Shown here in pieces: positions 46,466 through 54,789 of a stretch of DNA of 64,000 nucleotides; the first letter of the stretch is position 1; each line of letters begins with the position of its first letter. Source of the stretch: Bacillota bacterium (GTDB lineage: Bacteria; Bacillota; Sulfobacillia; JBFLWA01); contig JBFLWA010000008.1 of NCBI GenBank assembly GCA_040758135.1, forward strand, positions 29,226 through 93,225, read 5' to 3'. The translations under genes and the position numbers were made by a program. The notes under the pieces were generated by a model that was not told the origin of the DNA, searched no databases, and saw only the letters and a program-made list of their open reading frames with translations.

Positions 46466-47920
46466 CTACCTCGCGCTGCCAGGTTCGCTGTAGGTCAGTG
46501 CGAATACCGTATCGGTCAGCCAGCGACGGAACGACTCATTGTCGCTGAATTGCTTAAACAGCTCGGTGTCATCCTTGAGCAGCGCGGTCATCACGCGGGC
46601 CAGCGCCTTGTCGTGCTCGATGCGGGCGTTCTGTTTGTCGGAATACTTGCGTGCGTTCTGGTAGGCGGTATCGGCCGCTACGCGCGCCGGAATCTCCTCG
46701 GTGATCAGCTTGCGCACCCGATCGGCGTCGGTCCAAGGAATGTTGCCGAACTGATCGTTAAAAGCCTTGATGATGTTCGAGAGACGGTCAAGCTCCGGTT
46801 CGGGCTTGTGTCCACCACCCACAGTGGGCACCGGTTCGATCTCGGCATCCGCATCGGGAAGCGCGATCTTCATGGTCGCCTGCTTTTCGACCCGGTAGCT
46901 GTCCATGTCGATCGCCTCGAGGATGCCCTTTGAGAGGTCCTCCTCTTTGGGCGCCGGCAGCTTTGGCACCAGGAAGTTGAGGAAGATCGATAGCTTCTCC
47001 CACTCGGCGTTGGTGTAGGGGAGGATCGAAGACAGAAAGTTATAGGTTCGCAGAAATGCCTTGGCTTTGCCCTTGAAGTCGACCTGACCGTCCTCGTCGA
47101 GATGCTCCATGTAGGTGGCGACGCAGGCGTCGAGGATCGGGTCGAGCTGGTCGCGATCGGCCCCGCTCAGGTAGAGCCGCACCAGTTCATCAACTTGCTC
47201 AGGCTTGTACACCTGGTAGCCGTCAAGGTCGGCCTTAAGGTCGTGCAGCTTGTTCGGGTCGGTCTCGTCGGCGAGGATGGTCGTCCGGTAGTAGGGCTCG
47301 AAGGCCTTGCGGATCGTCTCCGGGTCATTGACGAAATCGAGGACGAAGGTGTCGTGCTTCTGGGGGTGGGCGCGATTGAGGCGCGAAAGGGTCTGCACCG
47401 CCTTGACCCCGGAGAGCACCTTGTCCACATACATGGTGTGTAACAGCGGCTCGTCATAGCCGGTCTGGAACTTGTCGGCGCAGATCAGGAACCGATAGGG
47501 ATCCTCCCGGATCCGGTCGGCGATCTGGCTCGAGGGAAAGCCGTTAAGGCTGGCCTCGGTGACCTTTTGCCCGCCATACTCGTGCTCACCCGAGAAGGCC
47601 ACAATCGCCCGATAGGGGCTTTTGCGCTCGGCAAGGTACGCCTTAAAGGCATGGAAGTACTGGATAGCTCGCTCGATGCTGCCGGTCACCACCATCGCCC
47701 GCGCCTGGCCCCCGATTTTGCCTTTGGCGATTACCTGCTCGTGGAAGTGGTCCACCATGATCTCGGCCTTGAGCCGGATGGCGTACTCGTGCCCCTCGAC
47801 GAAGCGGCGCAGCTTCTTTTGCGCCTTTTTGAGGTCGAATTCGGGGTCGTCCTCGATTGTCTTGATGAGCTTATAGTAGCTCTTCACCGGCGTGTAGCTG
47901 GCCAGCACATGGATGCGCAA
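46466..47920 (-). pseudogene. C-terminal half (~residues 450-end) of a second, different hsdR. Helicase domain 2 plus a DUF3387-type C-terminal domain, with the nuclease and helicase-1 parts missing.
   Basis: [49 protein letters not shown] (motifs V/VI) and C-terminal FLRTYNFLSSILPY. No Walker A/DEAD box precedes it. The ORF begins 12 nt after the wHTH gene. Confidence 0.6.
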
Positions 47921-47932
47921 TCCATGCGTTCT

Positions 47933-48505
47933 CTACTGATTCTCCTCCTTCGTGAGCCACTTATGACCCTGCTCAGAGATCTCCCAGATGCCGTAAGGCG
48001 AGTCGCCTTTCATCAACCCCTCTCGAACGAGCGTGTTTCGGCACCATTGGGCGGTGTTCCGCCAGCGGACGGCCCGCGGATCGGATGGCAGAGGCTCACG
48101 GTCGTACTCGTTCAGGACGCCTTTCATCTTCTGCTCGACTTGGTTCAGGACTTCGCCGATGGGCGCGCTGCCGCCCAGTTCCACCAGCGTTTCCATTATG
48201 GGGCGCCGGAAGGCGGCCTCCGAGGTACGCAAGCCGCGGGGCAGGCGGGCTCTGGATCTGCGTCGGCCTTTTTCTTTTCGGGCGCGCGGCTCCGACGCGA
48301 AAAGCCCGACCCATTCCTTCTGGAGCCCTTTGACCTTTTCGCAAAACTCAGCCAGCCGGGTTGCTTCCTCAATGGCGGATTTGGCTTTGTTATAATCTCC
48401 GGCACGGAAGGCCTGCGCGCCTTCCTCGTTCAGCGCATTGGCGACGGCCTCGATCTCCTCAAGGAGGATCTCAAAAGCCTCGTTGACTTCGTTCTTATCC
48501 ACGGC
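47933..48505 (-). CDS. Coiled-coil protein with a basic linker and a C-terminal Mrr_N-like winged helix (cassette gene 3)
   Basis: GTG start within GTGGATAA overlaps the stop of the 966-aa gene (RBS AGGTGAG). The body has EILLEEIEAVANALNEEGAQAFRAGDYNKAKSAIEEATRLAEF, RARKEKGRRRSRARLPRG, then RRPIMETLVELGGSAPIGEVLNQV...WRNTAQWCRNTLVREGLM...GIWEISEQG. Confidence 0.5.
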   Translation of the reverse strand, partial: AVDKNEVNEAFEILLEEIEAVANALNEEGAQAFRAGDYNKAKSAIEEATRLAEFCEKVKGLQKEWVGLFASEPRARKEKGRRRSRARLPRGLRTSEAAFRRPIMETLVELGGSAPIGEVLNQVEQKMKGVLNEYDREPLPSDPRAVRWRNTAQWCRNTLVREGLMKGDSPYGIWEISEQGHKWLTKEENQ

Positions 48506-51395
48506 GCTCACCTTCGAGTAGATTCCGGAACTCCAGAAATCCACGGCTGCCAAGATAGTGGATGATCCGCTCTGCCTCCTCCCCAGCGGTGGGATTCCGC
48601 AATGCCACCTCAAGAATCCTTCGGACATGATCGCGGCCTGCAGAGAGGTTCCACCCTTCACGGTCCCCTTCGGCAATTATCCTCAGGCATTGAGCTGATT
48701 CCACAGGATGGGTTTCCACAGTCCTTGCAAGATGCTCCAGCACCATATGATCGAGGTCCGTCTGGTGGACGAGTTGGAGCGACTCGGAAAGCTGCGCAAT
48801 GGCCCAGCCCACGTCGAACTTGTCCGACACAAACCACCGGCCAAAGGCGGCCATCTCCTTGACGAGGTCGGTAGGGGACTGGGACTGTTTGGCCCATGCA
48901 AGACGGACTGCCCAGAGCTGCGTTAGCCGGTCGAGAACCTCCGCAGGAATCTCTCCACTGGTTTGTTCCAGCGCGTGTCCTACATAACCAAGCGCGTGCC
49001 CCCTGAGGGCATCGGTCGCGTTTTCCCAAAAGGCCGTAAGCAACGGGTCCTCAAGTGAGAGCTTGCCACGCCAGTAGAACACCATGAGGTGCTCCGCAAG
49101 CCTCTCGTCCGGGTTGGCGAGCCACCGGGTGTCGTCGCGGCGGCAGCCTATCCGCTCCACTGCGTGGCGGTATTGCTCGCGGAGAATGTCCAAAACGTTG
49201 TCATAAGGCCTGCAGAATGTTACGTAAGTGTTCCACGCGGCCTCGAGAAGCGCCTCTTCACCTTGGCCAATTGGGAAGATTCTCGCTGCACTGTCACGTG
49301 CCCACTCGGAATCCAAAAGGACGAGCCACGGGAACCACTGGCCGTAGACCGCGCGAATGGCGAGCGATGGCTCTTGCGCCACGTCGAGACGGGCGTCCAG
49401 CACTTCCCGGACCTCGGGCATCTCATCGAAGCCCCTGCGATGCTGATCCTCGGCGTCTGCTTGGCCTTCCATGTGCCGCCGCACCCAAAGGGCATAGCGG
49501 ACGACGGCGTGCATAGCCTCACCCCGGGTGGTGTTGATTGAGAGCGTGGCCGGGTCCATGTTGGAGCCACCGTAACGCTCCTCGTGCTCCGGCGTAGGTT
49601 CGGGGTCTTCGGTCACTGGTTTCAGAATACGCCACACCTTTTCGCGAAGGCGGATGGGGATGCTGCCCGGACCATCGTCAAAGCCGGCGGAGAGTAAGCC
49701 CGCGATCGCCTTGCGTGTCCAGCCCCAGTCGGGGTCGGCTTCCATTTCTTCTCCCACCTGCCGGCCCGGGGTCTCCCGCGGCTGTGACAGCGCCCATCCG
49801 CAGAGATCCAAAACCGGCTCCCAATCGAAAGCTCCGCCTTGCTTCAAGGCGTCCCGGAGGCCGGACAGGACAGCGCGGATGTATGTCGGGTCCAGGCCCT
49901 GGAAGCGTTTAGCCTCGACTGCGAAAGGTCCCGGATCTTGCGCGACGACGGACGACAGCACGCGGCCCAGCCCCTCCGGAGACGGCTCGCGGAAAGCATT
50001 GTCCGGAGGCCTCCACGTCTTGAGGAATTCCACGATCTCCTCGACGGACATCGCTTTGAGCTCATCGGCTGACTTGGGGCTCGTCGGCCCCACCCATCCG
50101 CCTTCCGTGTACACCGGGAACTCGACATGATCCGGCTCGCCGTATTTCCCAACAAGCTCTCGATAGCGTTCCTGCCACTCTCCCGGCAGGTTCTCGGGCC
50201 TGATCCTGGCCAGCCAGTCCCGCTGCCAGATTTCGCGGTAGCGGGCAACGGCGTCATCGGACGGCGGAGAACCCGTCGCCTCCTCTCGCCATCGCTTGAA
50301 CTTCTCCACGTCGGGGCCGACCTCGATCCATTCTAGGATCGTGGCTCGATCCTCGAGCGTTAACCGCTGGAAACAATCCCGCAGCAGCAGCACGTACTCG
50401 TGCCGCAGGCCCACGTCTTCGAACAGCGCTCGGTCAGTCAGCCTCTCGGCCGCAAGCGCTTCCGCTTGGTCAGGAAATACCCGGAGGCCGTGCAGCGCGA
50501 TGCGTCGGAAAACTCTCCAGGGTCTGCGCTCGAGGGCGTTCACGACCTCTTCGACAGTCCCGTGCCCGGACCGCACGACGAGCTCCGCGGCGTCGCGGAC
50601 CGCCGTGACGAGGGCATCCTTGATGGTGTGACCGTCGTTCTGGAGATGGTCCTCGATAGCGGGCCGCCAGATCACGGAGTAGTCCTCGGGTCCCTGATCG
50701 TCGTCGCGGCGTCGGGAAAGCCGAATGGCCCTGTCCAACAGATCGCACAGCAGCTCCAGCGCCGGAAGACCGGCAGCTCGGACAACCTCCGGGTAATGAT
50801 CCTTGAGAATTTTTTCGTAGCGCCAGTAGTCGAAGCGCGCCCGCGGCTCAGGCGAAAGCCAATGGACCTCATCCGGTCCGCCCCGCCCTGGTCGCGCATC
50901 CGCAAAGACCTCGAGCAGCACGCGAGCCACGCGCAAGGCTTCCGTGGTCCGGCCAGCGCTGGCCCAATGCGCGACCAGTTGCCCTAGTTTTTCCGGCACG
51001 AGGAAATACGGACACTCCGCCCAACGCGCCGCCCTTTCCGCGAGCCGAGACGCAACGTCGGCTGGCATCGCGAACAGGGCATCTAAGAGGTCCGAGAGTA
51101 CGGCGGCGTTGTCGGTATCGTCCATCTCCCCTATGACTTCGGCTACGCGCTCCGGCTCGTGCCGCGCCATGCGGGCGAGGTACCGCGCCTCGGGCGAAGG
51201 GGGAAAACGAATCGTGCCTTCTTCCTCGTTTCGGATCGGCTCGGGGGGATGTCGGAAGAAACCCTTTTGTCGAAGTGGCTCAAGCCACTCCGGGTTTTCG
51301 AGGCGGTCAAAGAAATAGCGATACTGCTCGGCGTACACGAGCAGTGCTACTGCCTGGTCGACCTGCTCAGGAGTTGGCTTGTTCCAGGATTTCAT
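48495..51395 (-). CDS. Large (966 aa) all-alpha repeat protein of unknown function (cassette gene 2)
   Basis: Long uninterrupted ORF with protein-like composition, Trp/Arg/Glu/Leu-rich. No Walker, nuclease, HEPN or methylase motif recognised. The ATG lies inside the last codons of the upstream 228-aa gene, following a GGTGGAGG RBS. Confidence 0.55.
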   Translation of the reverse strand: MKSWNKPTPEQVDQAVALLVYAEQYRYFFDRLENPEWLEPLRQKGFFRHPPEPIRNEEEGTIRFPPSPEARYLARMARHEPERVAEVIGEMDDTDNAAVLSDLLDALFAMPADVASRLAERAARWAECPYFLVPEKLGQLVAHWASAGRTTEALRVARVLLEVFADARPGRGGPDEVHWLSPEPRARFDYWRYEKILKDHYPEVVRAAGLPALELLCDLLDRAIRLSRRRDDDQGPEDYSVIWRPAIEDHLQNDGHTIKDALVTAVRDAAELVVRSGHGTVEEVVNALERRPWRVFRRIALHGLRVFPDQAEALAAERLTDRALFEDVGLRHEYVLLLRDCFQRLTLEDRATILEWIEVGPDVEKFKRWREEATGSPPSDDAVARYREIWQRDWLARIRPENLPGEWQERYRELVGKYGEPDHVEFPVYTEGGWVGPTSPKSADELKAMSVEEIVEFLKTWRPPDNAFREPSPEGLGRVLSSVVAQDPGPFAVEAKRFQGLDPTYIRAVLSGLRDALKQGGAFDWEPVLDLCGWALSQPRETPGRQVGEEMEADPDWGWTRKAIAGLLSAGFDDGPGSIPIRLREKVWRILKPVTEDPEPTPEHEERYGGSNMDPATLSINTTRGEAMHAVVRYALWVRRHMEGQADAEDQHRRGFDEMPEVREVLDARLDVAQEPSLAIRAVYGQWFPWLVLLDSEWARDSAARIFPIGQGEEALLEAAWNTYVTFCRPYDNVLDILREQYRHAVERIGCRRDDTRWLANPDERLAEHLMVFYWRGKLSLEDPLLTAFWENATDALRGHALGYVGHALEQTSGEIPAEVLDRLTQLWAVRLAWAKQSQSPTDLVKEMAAFGRWFVSDKFDVGWAIAQLSESLQLVHQTDLDHMVLEHLARTVETHPVESAQCLRIIAEGDREGWNLSAGRDHVRRILEVALRNPTAGEEAERIIHYLGSRGFLEFRNLLEGERRG

Positions 51396-52053
51396 CCAAA
51401 GCCTCCACCGTCTTGAAGAATTCTCTTACCATCGCTGACAGTGCCCACTCAAAGCTCTCAAAGCGGCTTTTCAGTTCATCGCCACCCATATCGGCATCCT
51501 TCTGACCCCGGTCATGTGCGCGTTCAACAAACCATTCGGTTGTGTTTAACCAGTTCTCAATTCGCGGCCTAAGAGTTGCCTCCGATAGGGAGTTGTTGGG
51601 GTCGATTGCCAGAAAGAGACGCCTCGCTGCCTCGCTTCTTGTCTCACGTACCCGCTCATGGTCTCTTACAAGGTTGGCCACTTTCTGGAACACAGGGTAC
51701 GGAACTGGAATATCACCATTGGAAGGTAAGGCATCCCCTTCGGTTACTCTTGTCGGTGTCGATCCGTCTAGAGGAAGGCCATGTCTTTTCCAAGTGTTTT
51801 CAATATCATCAAGGCGGCTCTTGTAGTCGAGCCGCGATCCAGCTTGAGGCCCCGCTATGACATCCGGCAAGCGGTTCCTCATCTCTCGCACAGCATGCGC
51901 AACGAAACGAACCCGGCCGGGGCAACCTTCCGAGAAGATCATACGTAGCGTGCCTTCGTACAACTCACCGAGCGACGGAGCGTTTCTCTCGAACCACAAG
52001 CGCAAGTCCCTGCGCTCTGGAGTCCAACAGTCCGGATCACGAACCCCCATCAC
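51367..52053 (-). CDS. Hypothetical 228-aa protein (cassette gene 1) immediately downstream of hsdS
   Basis: Start overlaps the hsdS stop. Contains an Rx5H stretch (RVRFVAH), not sufficient alone to call HEPN. Confidence 0.45.
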   Translation of the reverse strand: MMGVRDPDCWTPERRDLRLWFERNAPSLGELYEGTLRMIFSEGCPGRVRFVAHAVREMRNRLPDVIAGPQAGSRLDYKSRLDDIENTWKRHGLPLDGSTPTRVTEGDALPSNGDIPVPYPVFQKVANLVRDHERVRETRSEAARRLFLAIDPNNSLSEATLRPRIENWLNTTEWFVERAHDRGQKDADMGGDELKSRFESFEWALSAMVREFFKTVEALDEILEQANS

Positions 52054-53288
52054 AACTCCCCCCGAAATGCCTTGTCCAGGATCGAGCGCTCTAGGTCATT
52101 GAGATGCTCTGCGGTTTCTTCCTGGGTCTGCTTCAACGCCCGCACCCGCTCCCAAACCGCCTCTAGATGCGCGACGATGCGGCACTGTTCGGGGAGTGGA
52201 GGGAGAGGGATTCGCTGATTCTCTACCGTTGACTGACGTATCGAGGGAACCGGCCCGACCTTCGATAGGCTCGTCAGGTCAATCGTATATGTCCATAGTA
52301 AGAGGTAATCAGAGCTAACCACCTCTTCATTCGGCAGCAATCCCATAACGTTATTGTCGAACGCCGCCGTGATACCCAACTTTCGCTTTTTGTTGGTTGC
52401 AATCGCTCCGCCGATCTTAGGAAAGACAATAGTTCCTGGCTTACAAGCGCGTCCATGCAAGAACTTCAAGGTGTTCTCGTCGACGTAGTTTGCAGCACGT
52501 GTTACCTCTGGATCATTCTTTGGGTTGTTCAGGTCAGAGACTTTCAAAAAAGCAACGGGGCCCGTCTGTTGCCCCTGGTAGCGCTTGGGGAAGCCGCACC
52601 CATTAATGGCCTTTGCGACCTCCCCCAACCGCACCCACCGCCACCCGGGAGGCAGCTCGGCGCCAGGGCGGGGGAAGACCTCGGCCAGGGCGGCTTGCAT
52701 GAGGTACTCGGCGTCCTCCTTGGCCTGCTGCCGCAGGCGCTTCGCCTCGCGCACCCGCGACATCAGCTCCTCGAGCCGTGCTACAATCCGCCGTTGTTCG
52801 TCGAGGGGTGGGAGGGGGATGGGATGGTGCTCGAGGAACTCCTTCGGAACTCGTTGCTGACCAACTCCACCACGAAATGACGCTTTGGCAGCCTTGCGGA
52901 AACGCTCTTGTCTGATGAACAGCCAAATCCATTCTGGAATAACGGAACCACCGGGGCGCAGCACATGGAATTCAGTGGAACCGAAACCAAAGCCGTTGAG
53001 CAATCCGCGCGCAATGGCTGCTTTTCCGTTTTCCATACACGGCGTGATTTTCGCAAGAAGGACGTCTCCTTCCTCGAAATAGGTATACCCTTGCCGGACT
53101 TGCTCGAAGGGACGTACTTCAGGAGTGACAATCGTGCCGGCCTGGTCGTCAACAGCGGTCATCGGCACAAACGTGGTTGGTTCATTTGGATCAACATGAA
53201 GCCGTGGCCGTCGAGGATTGATTTCGCATGCCTCCCCCAACCTCACCCAGCGCCAGCCTTCGGGGAGTATGTAGGGTCCCTCAGTCAT
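52050..53288 (-). CDS. hsdS: Type I restriction-modification specificity subunit (two TRDs)
   Basis: Duplicated conserved frame LPEGWRWVRLGEACEI / LPPGWRWVRLGEVAKAI preceding each target-recognition domain, and central/C-terminal coiled-coil spacer repeats (LPPLDEQRRIVARLEE / LPPLPEQCRIVAHLEA). Confidence 0.8.
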   Translation of the reverse strand: MTEGPYILPEGWRWVRLGEACEINPRRPRLHVDPNEPTTFVPMTAVDDQAGTIVTPEVRPFEQVRQGYTYFEEGDVLLAKITPCMENGKAAIARGLLNGFGFGSTEFHVLRPGGSVIPEWIWLFIRQERFRKAAKASFRGGVGQQRVPKEFLEHHPIPLPPLDEQRRIVARLEELMSRVREAKRLRQQAKEDAEYLMQAALAEVFPRPGAELPPGWRWVRLGEVAKAINGCGFPKRYQGQQTGPVAFLKVSDLNNPKNDPEVTRAANYVDENTLKFLHGRACKPGTIVFPKIGGAIATNKKRKLGITAAFDNNVMGLLPNEEVVSSDYLLLWTYTIDLTSLSKVGPVPSIRQSTVENQRIPLPPLPEQCRIVAHLEAVWERVRALKQTQEETAEHLNDLERSILDKAFRGEL

Positions 53289-54789
53289 GGGCAGCCACCT
53301 CCCCGTTGTTGTTGCCGAGGAGTTCGTTCAGCTCCTCCACGATACTCAGGATCTCCCGCTCGCGCTCAAGGAGACCCGCCACGATCTCCACCGGCGAGGG
53401 AAGCGCCTCGGCCTCCTTGCGGTTCGGGTTGCGGGCGGTGAGGTCGTAGCCGCGCGCCTTGACCTCGTCGGCAGGAACGATCCAGGAACGCTCGGAAAGG
53501 CAGGCCTCGCGCGGGCCCTGGCCTTTTCGGTAAGCGTCCCATGCTTTCCAAAGCCGGCGCGCCTCTTCAAAGTGCTCGTCCTGGATGGGGCTTCCCTTGC
53601 TGAACTTTTTCAAGCCCTCCGGCAGAGGCAGTTCGTAATACCAGATCTCCGTAGTCGGTCCGGGCCGCTCGAAGAAGAGGAGCGCTGTCTTGACATCGGA
53701 ATAGGGCGCAAAGGTGCCGGGCGGGAGGCTCACCACGGTATGCAGATTGAACTGCTCCAGGAGGTCACGCTTGACGTCGGCGAAGGACCCGCCGCGAAAG
53801 AGCGTCCCTTCGGGCACGACCATCCCGCAGCGGGCGCCGTCCCGGGGCTTGAGCTTCTTCATGATGTGCTGGAGGAAGAGGAGCTCGGTGGCCGTGGCCT
53901 GCACCGGGAAGTTGGCCTGGATGTGCCGGCCTTCTGTGCCCCCGAATGGGGGATTGGTGAGCACCACATCGTAGCGCTCGGTGACGTTGCGGATATTCTC
54001 CTCGAGGGTATTGCGCCGCATCACGCGGGGGGCGGTCACGCCGTGAAGCACCATGTTCATGAGGCCCAGGAGGGCCGGCAAAGGCTTCTTCTCCTGGCCA
54101 AAGAAAGTTTTTTCCTGCAGGGTCTTGTGGTCTTCCAGGGTACGCTCGGATTTTATCATGAAGAGGTAGGCCTGAGCCAGGAAACCACAGGTGCCACAGG
54201 CAGGGTCGTAAACGGTCTCGCCGATCTTGGGGGCGACGAGCTCCACCATAAAGCGCACCACCGGTCTCGGCGTGTAGAACTCGCCGGCCAGCCGGTTCTC
54301 GCTGCCCAGACGGCGGAGCAGCTCTTCGTACACCTGGGAGACGGTGAAAATGTCGTCCTGACTGTGGAAGTCGATGCCGTTGATGATGGTCAAGACATCC
54401 TTGAGGTTGTAACCCGAGGCGCAAACAATAACGTTGCGCTCGGCGAACACGCTGCGGATCGTCTCGCGCAGCGGATCGCCTCCCAGACTCTGAAGGTAGG
54501 GAATCAACCGGCCGTGGACGAACTCCAGCAAGCGATCAGCGGGCCAGTCCTTCGTAGCCCACGCGCTCCAGCGCAGGTCGCCATCCAGAATGCGGGTGTA
54601 GGGGCGGCCGGCAAGCTTCGCTTGAGTCTCCCACTCCTCTTCCTGGGCGTCCAAGAAGCGCAGGAAGAGCAGCCAGGCCAGATGCTCGATGTATTCCATG
54701 ACGCCGCCGCAGTTGTTGTCGCGACGCAAGATGTCGCAGGCCCGCCAGATTTCGTTGGCAAGGGATTCCCGGGTTTGAGGTCCGTTCAT
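53281..54789 (-). CDS. hsdM: Type I R-M N6-adenine DNA methyltransferase subunit
   Basis: HsdM N-terminus (ANEIWRACDILR), motif I DPACGTCGF and motif IV VLTNPPFG. Confidence 0.85.
   Translation of the reverse strand: MNGPQTRESLANEIWRACDILRRDNNCGGVMEYIEHLAWLLFLRFLDAQEEEWETQAKLAGRPYTRILDGDLRWSAWATKDWPADRLLEFVHGRLIPYLQSLGGDPLRETIRSVFAERNVIVCASGYNLKDVLTIINGIDFHSQDDIFTVSQVYEELLRRLGSENRLAGEFYTPRPVVRFMVELVAPKIGETVYDPACGTCGFLAQAYLFMIKSERTLEDHKTLQEKTFFGQEKKPLPALLGLMNMVLHGVTAPRVMRRNTLEENIRNVTERYDVVLTNPPFGGTEGRHIQANFPVQATATELLFLQHIMKKLKPRDGARCGMVVPEGTLFRGGSFADVKRDLLEQFNLHTVVSLPPGTFAPYSDVKTALLFFERPGPTTEIWYYELPLPEGLKKFSKGSPIQDEHFEEARRLWKAWDAYRKGQGPREACLSERSWIVPADEVKARGYDLTARNPNRKEAEALPSPVEIVAGLLEREREILSIVEELNELLGNNNGEVAAHD

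Noticed and set aside
47933-48676. 247-aa start for the wHTH gene
   Set aside because: It would overlap the 966-aa gene by 180 nt. A GTG with an AGGTGAG RBS overlaps that gene's stop (GTGGATAA).
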